A stretch of 64,000 nucleotides of DNA from Vulcanimicrobiota bacterium. GTDB lineage: Bacteria > Vulcanimicrobiota > Vulcanimicrobiia > Vulcanimicrobiales > Vulcanimicrobiaceae. Location of the stretch: contig CAVTPY010000012.1 in assembly GCA_963736775.1 (NCBI GenBank), positions 1,904 to 65,903 of the forward strand, read 5' to 3'. Position numbers and translations under genes: made by a program. Positions 59,087 to 64,000 of the stretch are shown one piece after another. The notes beneath the pieces are model-generated. The model did not search any database. It saw only the letters and a program-made list of their open reading frames with translations, and was not told where the DNA came from. Numbering within the stretch: the first letter of the stretch is position 1; each line of letters starts with the position of its first letter.

Positions 59087-59815
59087 CTAGGAGACACCAA
59101 TCGGCGTAAGAAGTATGCGGCCGACGTCGGCAATCGAGCTGCAGGTTGCATCGGGAGGGGCTGAGCCGGGCGGCAGCTCCTCGGCACGCACGTTGAGCCA
59201 GACGGTAAAGAGGCCCGCCTCGAGGGCTCCTTTGATGTCGCGGTCGTACCGGTCCCCAACCATCGCGGCGCGCGCCGGCGCGCCGTCCAGCGTCCGGCAC
59301 GCGTGCGCGAAGAGTAAAGGGTTGGGTTTGATCATGCCGACCTCGTCGGCGAGAAAAATGGCATCGAAGAACTCACTGATGCGCAAGAGCGCGATCTTTT
59401 CACGGTGAGTTTCGGAGAGGCCGTTGGTCACCAAGCCCAACTTCATGCCGCGCTCTTTTAGCAACCGCAAAAGATCGAGCGCCCCGGGGAAAAGCGTGTA
59501 GTACTTGGAGCGATAGGCGTTGTAACGATCCGCGCTCCGCTCGGCCACCTCGGGATCTCCGACCCCAACGCTCTCGAGGGCGGCCTGCCACATGCTCGCA
59601 CGAATGCGCGAAAGCTTAACCTTAAGATCGTCGGCCGAAAGGCGGTGCCAAAAGCCCTCCGCCTCCGCGACGTAGGCGGCCTTGAGCGCCAGCGCGTCGA
59701 TGCCGTGCTCGGCTGCGACCTCTCGCGCTACCTCCTCGGCCGCGCTCTGATAGGCATAGGTATCGTCGTGCAGCGTGTCGTCGAGGTCGAAGAGCACGAG
59801 ATCGAGGCGGCGCAA
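59087..59815 (-). CDS. HAD-superfamily hydrolase
   Basis: TTG start giving (M)[14 protein letters not shown], then LVTNG and [12 protein letters not shown]. Lies 5 nt upstream of uvrA. Confidence 0.8.
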   Translation of the reverse strand: MRRLDLVLFDLDDTLHDDTYAYQSAAEEVAREVAAEHGIDALALKAAYVAEAEGFWHRLSADDLKVKLSRIRASMWQAALESVGVGDPEVAERSADRYNAYRSKYYTLFPGALDLLRLLKERGMKLGLVTNGLSETHREKIALLRISEFFDAIFLADEVGMIKPNPLLFAHACRTLDGAPARAAMVGDRYDRDIKGALEAGLFTVWLNVRAEELPPGSAPPDATCSSIADVGRILLTPIGVS

Positions 59816-59828
59816 CGAGCGTATCTCG

Positions 59829-60311
59829 CTATTGGTTCGGCATGAGGCGCATACCGGCGATCTTTCCCTGCCCATCGACGGCGATGAGAAAGTCGAGCTT
59901 CGTGCCGTTCGCAAACGTCACGAGGTAGACGTCATAGCGAACGTCACCCTGCGTCCCGGAGCGCTGCTGATCGAAAGATACGGGCGTGCCGAGATTTCCA
60001 ATGGCGGCCTTGAGCGTCGCCAGCTTATCGTCGGTCAGCGCAGTGCTCATCTCCGTCGTGAGCGTCGTGCGATCGATCTTGCCGCTCTGCAACTGGGCGA
60101 ACTCGTCCTTGGCGCGGGCCAGCATCGCCGGATCCGGCGACGGCGTCGCCGTCGCGGCCGGCATGGGAGCCAACGGGGGCGCGGCCGGCGGCGGCGGTGG
60201 TTGTTGCGGCTGCGTCACGGTGGTACTGCCCCCGGGAGGTACCGCGGCGATCGTGCCCGCGTAGAGTCCCAGTACCAGAAGCGCGTTGCGAATCATGTGA
60301 ACTCCTTTCAT
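59829..60311 (-). CDS. secreted hypothetical protein with a Pro-rich linker
   Basis: Signal peptide, then the PQQPPPPPAAPPLAPMP linker and a small alpha/beta domain. No family recognised. Confidence 0.5.
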   Translation of the reverse strand: MKGVHMIRNALLVLGLYAGTIAAVPPGGSTTVTQPQQPPPPPAAPPLAPMPAATATPSPDPAMLARAKDEFAQLQSGKIDRTTLTTEMSTALTDDKLATLKAAIGNLGTPVSFDQQRSGTQGDVRYDVYLVTFANGTKLDFLIAVDGQGKIAGMRLMPNQ

Positions 60312-60318
60312 GGGATCG

Positions 60319-61116
60319 TTATCGAATCTCGTGAAGCCGCTGCGTGAGGTAGCTCCAACCGTCCGACGAGATCGTCACCGAACCGGAGAACGGTGTGGCA
60401 AACTCGTAGACGACGCAGAAGAGTATCGCGATCAGGCCGACCAGAATCGCGGTCATCAGCAGCTGTGCCGGCCGATTCTCGACGCCGAAGATGTAGCAGA
60501 AGGCGACCATCGAGAGCGCTCCCACAATGAGCGCGAACCAGAGCACGACCGGTACGGCCGGTGCCGCATGGATCAATCGCTCGCGCCGCGCGTCCAAAAG
60601 GCGTTCCTGATCCCGCAGCGCCGCCTGTTGCGCGTTGCCTTCCCGGGTATCGCCCGGCGCAAAAGTATCGATGCTATACGAGATCGCTTCGAGCAGGTTT
60701 GCTCCCGTATCGGGTACGTCTCGGTTGGCGGACATCGCCGGCCATTCAACGCCAATGACGGTCCTCGCGTAGCCGGCAAGCTTATCCCGAATGGCATCTC
60801 GAGACTGGGTGGGAAAACCGTCGACCACGTGATACAGGTCCGCAGCCGCATCGACCTCGGCTTCGACGTTGGAGACCGTCGCATCGTACTTCTGCCACAC
60901 CACGACCACCGAGAAGCCTAGGAGCACCGCGTAGAGGACGCCGACCGCCGAAAAGAGATACCCGGCGACATCGTTGTGCCGTCGCAGCACGTCGGTCTTG
61001 AACCGGCGCTGCAGTACGGCGTGCAACGCGACGAAACCGGCTACGACGGCGAGAATCACGACAAATTCGCCCAACGCCTCGGGCACGTTGAGAAGCGTGC
61101 GGGTAAGAACGGTCAC
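60319..61116 (-). CDS. DUF4239 (bestrophin-like) membrane protein
   Basis: Two N-terminal and two C-terminal TM helices flank a soluble helical segment. The pattern HNDVAGYLFSAVGVLYAVLLGFSVVVVW matches DUF4239 from memory. Confidence 0.6.
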   Translation of the reverse strand: MTVLTRTLLNVPEALGEFVVILAVVAGFVALHAVLQRRFKTDVLRRHNDVAGYLFSAVGVLYAVLLGFSVVVVWQKYDATVSNVEAEVDAAADLYHVVDGFPTQSRDAIRDKLAGYARTVIGVEWPAMSANRDVPDTGANLLEAISYSIDTFAPGDTREGNAQQAALRDQERLLDARRERLIHAAPAVPVVLWFALIVGALSMVAFCYIFGVENRPAQLLMTAILVGLIAILFCVVYEFATPFSGSVTISSDGWSYLTQRLHEIR

Positions 61117-61125
61117 GGCTTCAAT

Positions 61126-63171
61126 TTAGTTACCGACCAGCTCGGCCAAGGCCTTGTCGAAAATCTTCGGCGCTCTCCCGCCAAAGAGAACACTTTCGTT
61201 GCCGCCCATCTGGTTACGCAGCTCGATGAGCTCGTCGCGCAGCGCGGCGGCCTTCTCGAACTCCAGACTTGCGGCCGCTTCGCGCATCTTCCGTTCCAAA
61301 TCGCGGGACATCTTGAGCGCGACGTCACGCGGAAGCTTGTCGAATTTGAACTTCGCAGCGCGCTCGTCACCGCCGCCGATCATGCTCAGGATGTCGTGAA
61401 TTTCTTTGCGGATCGATCTCGGCTCGATGCCATGTTCGAGATTGTACTGCACCTGCCGTTCGCGGCGGCGCCGCGTCTCGCCGATGGCGCGCGCCATCGA
61501 TTCCGTCACGACGTCGGCGTACATGATGACCTTGCCTTCCACGTTGCGCGAGGCGCGCCCGATCGTTTGAATTAGCGAGGTTCCGCTTCGCAGATATCCC
61601 TCTTTGTCGGCATCGAGGATGCCGACCAGCGAGACCTCGGGAAGGTCGAGCCCCTCGCGTAGGAGATTGATGCCGACCAACACATCGAAGACGCCGGCGC
61701 GCAGGTCGCGCAGAATCGCAACGCGCTCGAGCGTATCGACCTCGCTGTGGAGATAGCGGACGCGCAGACCGTTCTCGATCAGGTAATCGGTGAGATCTTC
61801 GGCCATCTTCTTGGTGAGCGTCGTGACCAGGACGCGTTCCTTTCGATCCGCGCGCTGACGGATCTCTTCCATCAGATCGTCGACTTGATTGCGCGTGGGG
61901 CGAACCTCGACTTCCGGATCGACCAGTCCGGTCGGCCGAATGATCATCTCCACGACCTGGCTGCTGCGGCCCGTTTCGTACGTTCCCGGCGTCGCCGAAA
62001 CGTAGACCGCCTGCACGATATGATCGTCGAACTCGTCGTAGGTCAGGGGACGGTTATCCAACGCGCTGGGGAGACGAAAGCCGTGCTCGACCAAGACCTG
62101 CTTACGCGAACGGTCGCCAGCGAACATTCCGTGCACTTGCGGAAGCGTCACGTGCGATTCGTCGACGAAGAGCAGCCAGTCTTTGGGAAAAAAGTCGATC
62201 AGGCACCACGGCGTCGAGCCCGGCTCGCGGCCGGTGAGATGGCGCGAGTAGTTCTCGATCCCGTTGCAATAGCCGACCTCGCGCAGCATGTCGAGGTCGT
62301 AACGCGTGCGCATCTCCAAGCGCTGCGCCTCCAACAGCTTTCCGTGTCCCTTGAAATACGCGAGCCGCTCCTCCAGCTCGGCCTCGATCGAAACGATCGC
62401 GCGCTGGAGCTTCTCCTCGGGTGTGATGAAGTGCTTGGCGGGAAAGATCGTCACCTCGCGCTTGCTCTCGACGTATTCGCCGGTGAGCAGGTTGACGACG
62501 TTGATCGCTTCGATCGTGTCGCCGAAAAAATTGATGCGATGGACGAGCTCTTCCTCCACGCCGACGAACTCGAGCGTATCGCCCCGCACGCGGAAGGTTC
62601 CGCGCACCAAGTTGAGGTCGTTGCGCCGGTACTGCATGTCGACCAGCTTGCGCAGGAAAACGTCGCGGTCGAACTCCTCGCCCACGCGAACGCGCGCCGA
62701 CATCTCCATGTAATCGGAGGGCGAGCCGAGACCGAAGATGCAGGAAACCGAGGCGACGATCAGCGTGTCGCGGCGCGTCAATAGCGATTGCGTCGCCGAA
62801 TGGCGCAAGCGCTCGATCTCGTCGTTGATCGAGCTGTCCTTTTCGATATAGGTGTCGGTCGACGGGACGTACGCCTCGGGCTGGTAGTAGTCGAAGTAAG
62901 AGACGAAGTATTCGACCGCATTCTTCGGGAAAAACTCGCGGAACTCGGCGCAGAGCTGGGCGGCGAGCGTCTTGTTGTGACAGAGCACGAGCGTCGGCTT
63001 TTGGACCAGCTCGATCGTGCGCGCCATCGCCATCGTCTTGCCGCTCCCGGTCACCCCGAGGAGCGTCTGGGTACGGTCGCCGCGTAAAACTCCCGTCGCC
63101 AAGGCTTCGGTCGCCTTCGGCTGATCGCCGGCCAGCGCAAAGGGCGAAACCAGCGTGAACTCTTGAGGCAC
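61126..63171 (-). CDS. uvrB: excinuclease ABC subunit B
   Basis: [25 protein letters not shown], beta-hairpin region, C-terminal UVR domain ([13 protein letters not shown]). Confidence 0.95.
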   Translation of the reverse strand: MPQEFTLVSPFALAGDQPKATEALATGVLRGDRTQTLLGVTGSGKTMAMARTIELVQKPTLVLCHNKTLAAQLCAEFREFFPKNAVEYFVSYFDYYQPEAYVPSTDTYIEKDSSINDEIERLRHSATQSLLTRRDTLIVASVSCIFGLGSPSDYMEMSARVRVGEEFDRDVFLRKLVDMQYRRNDLNLVRGTFRVRGDTLEFVGVEEELVHRINFFGDTIEAINVVNLLTGEYVESKREVTIFPAKHFITPEEKLQRAIVSIEAELEERLAYFKGHGKLLEAQRLEMRTRYDLDMLREVGYCNGIENYSRHLTGREPGSTPWCLIDFFPKDWLLFVDESHVTLPQVHGMFAGDRSRKQVLVEHGFRLPSALDNRPLTYDEFDDHIVQAVYVSATPGTYETGRSSQVVEMIIRPTGLVDPEVEVRPTRNQVDDLMEEIRQRADRKERVLVTTLTKKMAEDLTDYLIENGLRVRYLHSEVDTLERVAILRDLRAGVFDVLVGINLLREGLDLPEVSLVGILDADKEGYLRSGTSLIQTIGRASRNVEGKVIMYADVVTESMARAIGETRRRRERQVQYNLEHGIEPRSIRKEIHDILSMIGGGDERAAKFKFDKLPRDVALKMSRDLERKMREAAASLEFEKAAALRDELIELRNQMGGNESVLFGGRAPKIFDKALAELVGN

Positions 63172-63227
63172 GCTCTTTAAAACCGCCTTCGAGGGCCGAA
63201 CGATTCAGCCAGCGAACGTCCCCCCTC

Positions 63228-64000
63228 GTGCAAAGCCCGCTTCTCTTCTGTGGAAACTCCAATCCGCAGCTGGCCGAAGAGATCGCCAAGCGCCTGCGAC
63301 TGCATGTCGGTAAGGCGCTGGTTTCCGAGTTCAGAAATGAGGAGACGCGGGTCGAGATCGGCGAGAACGTTCGCGGCTCCGAGGTCTTCGTCGTCCAGTC
63401 CATCTGCAAGACTCCCAACGGCAAGGGCGTCAACGATTCGGTGATGGAGCTGCTTCTGATGATCGACGCGCTACGGCGCGCGTCGGCCGCCCGGATCACC
63501 GCCGTGATTCCCTACTACGGCTATGCCAAGCAAGACAAGAAGACCAAGGGGCGCGAGCCGATCTCGGCCAAGGTGATCGCCAATTTGCTGAAGGTGACGG
63601 GGGCCCGGCGCATCGTCACGATGGATCTGCACGCGGCACAGATTCAAGGCTTCTTCGACATTCCGGTCGATAACTTGATGGCGATGCCCGTGCTCTGTAA
63701 CTACCTCAAGAAGGAAGGCCTTTGCGACGACAAAATCGTCGTCGTCTCACCCGATGCGGGCGGCGTGCACCGCGCCGAGCTGTTCGCCAAGCGGCTCAAT
63801 AGTACGCTCGCCATCGTTTTTAAACGGCGGCCGGAGCCCGACGTCTCCGAGGTTACCGACATCGTCGGTGACGTTGCCGGAAAAGTCGCAGTCGTCGTAG
63901 ACGACATGATTTCGACCGGCGGTACGCTGGCCAAAGCAGCGGGAGCGATCAAGGCGCGGGGAGCAACTAAAGTTTACACCGTCGCGTCGCACGGGATCTT
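63228..64000 (+). CDS. prs: ribose-phosphate pyrophosphokinase (partial; runs off the window)
   Basis: Not in the ORF track because there is no stop in the window. Frame from the GTG at 63228: LFCGNSNPQLAEEIAKRL, VIPYYGYAKQDKK, TMDLHA.QIQGFFDIPVDN, VVSPDAGG, VVDDMISTGGT. Confidence 0.9.
   Translation, partial: MQSPLLFCGNSNPQLAEEIAKRLRLHVGKALVSEFRNEETRVEIGENVRGSEVFVVQSICKTPNGKGVNDSVMELLLMIDALRRASAARITAVIPYYGYAKQDKKTKGREPISAKVIANLLKVTGARRIVTMDLHAAQIQGFFDIPVDNLMAMPVLCNYLKKEGLCDDKIVVVSPDAGGVHRAELFAKRLNSTLAIVFKRRPEPDVSEVTDIVGDVAGKVAVVVDDMISTGGTLAKAAGAIKARGATKVYTVASHGI

Overview
This is a GC-rich chromosomal window from a diderm bacterium. That call rests on a tripartite RND efflux pump with an outer-membrane factor, many lipobox lipoproteins and a DUF5916-like outer-membrane protein. 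All product calls come from motif recognition in the supplied ORF translations; nothing was searched.

Layout:
- **1-7932:** the decayed right end of an integrated mobilizable element, inserted beside the 3' end of tRNA-Glu(UUC). It carries a frameshifted tyrosine integrase, an excisionase, a frameshifted MobA/VirD2-type relaxase preceded by an oriT-like inverted repeat, and a second copy of that upstream region. The second copy is fused to an internally deleted relaxase relic. A truncated group II intron and a lower-GC cargo ORF are also present.
- **8.1-36.4 kb:** core and accessory genes, including the RND operon with a beta-propeller/phosphoesterase fusion, membrane stress proteins, an OFA-type MFS transporter with its small subunit, an ArsR-SRPBCC-DUF899 operon, a cNMP-binding thioredoxin reductase, envelope proteins, a serpin and a GT21/acyltransferase pair.
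- **36.4-40.4 kb:** lipoprotein genes, a multiply frameshifted GloVer-repeat gene, tRNA-Met(CAU) and a RES-Xre toxin-antitoxin pair.
- **40.4-64 kb:** housekeeping genes: eno, ndk, birA (frameshifted), acpS, nnr, ligA-trpEGDFBA, uvrA, uvrB and prs.

The most unusual signal is a short palindromic nucleotide element (GTC[AT]CCTGAGC ... GTCGAAGG) embedded in frame inside three unrelated genes, in three different reading frames or orientations:
- a 4-copy 21-nt tandem array forming the trpG C-terminal tail;
- a pseudoknot-like insertion in uvrA;
- one copy just after the lipobox of the GloVer-repeat lipoprotein gene.

Single-nucleotide frameshifts in birA, the integrase and the relaxase may instead be assembly indel errors. 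No CRISPR array, rRNA or intact transposase was seen.
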